DNA of 62,929 nt, the filler included, from Octopus bimaculoides (Eukaryota), in the NCBI RefSeq assembly GCF_001194135.2. It is 6 parts of 6 records of this genome, joined end to end, with 100 filler letters (N's around TTAATTAATTAA, not from the genome) between each part and the next. Parts side by side here need not be neighbours in the genome. Positions count along the whole stretch, not along the records: positions 55,457 to 62,929 come from NC_069007.1; 5 more parts are not named here. One strand, given 5' to 3'. The position numbers were made by a program, and so were the translations under genes. The notes below the pieces were generated by a model. That model saw only the letters and a program-made list of their open reading frames with translations. It did no database searches and was not told the DNA's origin. This document shows, piece after piece, positions 62,540 to 62,929 of this stretch (its first letter is position 1; each line of letters starts with the position of its first letter).

Positions 62540-62929
62540 CTTATCTTTAGCTTGTTTCAAACATTAGACGGTGGCCATGCTGGGGCACCACCTTGAAGAA
62601 TTTTAGTCGAATGGGTCAATCTCTGTACTTATTTTTTTATTACGAGCCTGGTACTTATTGGTTTCTTTTGCTGAACTGCTATGTTACAGGGATGTAAACA
62701 CACCAACACCAGTTGTCAAGAGATGGAGGGGAAGAAATACAAACACACACATACAAATATATATATATATATATATGATAAGCTTCTTTCAGTTTCCCTT
62801 TACCAAATCCACTCACAAGGCTTTGGTCGGTCTGAGGCTACCGTAGAAAACATTTGCTCAAGGTGTCACACAGTGAGACTGAACCTGGAACCATGTTGTT
62901 GGGAAGCAAGCTTCTTACCTCACGGCTAC
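62540..62929 (-). mobile_element. SINE family A copy (CpG-decayed)
   Basis: Reverse-complement homology to 3539-3920. Confidence 0.8.

Overview
AT-rich, microsatellite-saturated animal genomic DNA from a gapped short-read scaffold. The repeat content (tRNA-head SINEs, RTE LINEs with (GAT)n tails, (TA)n/(TACA)n/(TAGA)n arrays) is what I recognise from Octopus; the species is inferred, not proven. The only host gene is five + strand exons (2929-22336) encoding the transmembrane domain of an SLC4 Na+-coupled bicarbonate transporter. It is 5'-incomplete and I found no 3' exons. Five artificial N44-TTAATTAATTAA-N44 linkers show that the window is six joined pieces. Pieces 1, 3 and 6 look CpG-decayed (gene-body-like), while pieces 2, 4 and 5 look CpG-rich. 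The rest is transposon material: four Tc1/mariner/pogo-type relics plus a MITE, about 11 RTE LINE fragments, at least four SINE families, an R4/Dong-like fragment and a decayed Penelope-like element (RT plus GIY-YIG). The most striking element is a ~560-bp non-coding unit at 43113-43675. It has 127-bp inverted arms, a 44-bp direct tail and an almost intact minimal hammerhead ribozyme. Up to three further degenerate hammerhead motifs occur elsewhere. Nearly all ORF-track entries are artefacts of N runs or microsatellites.
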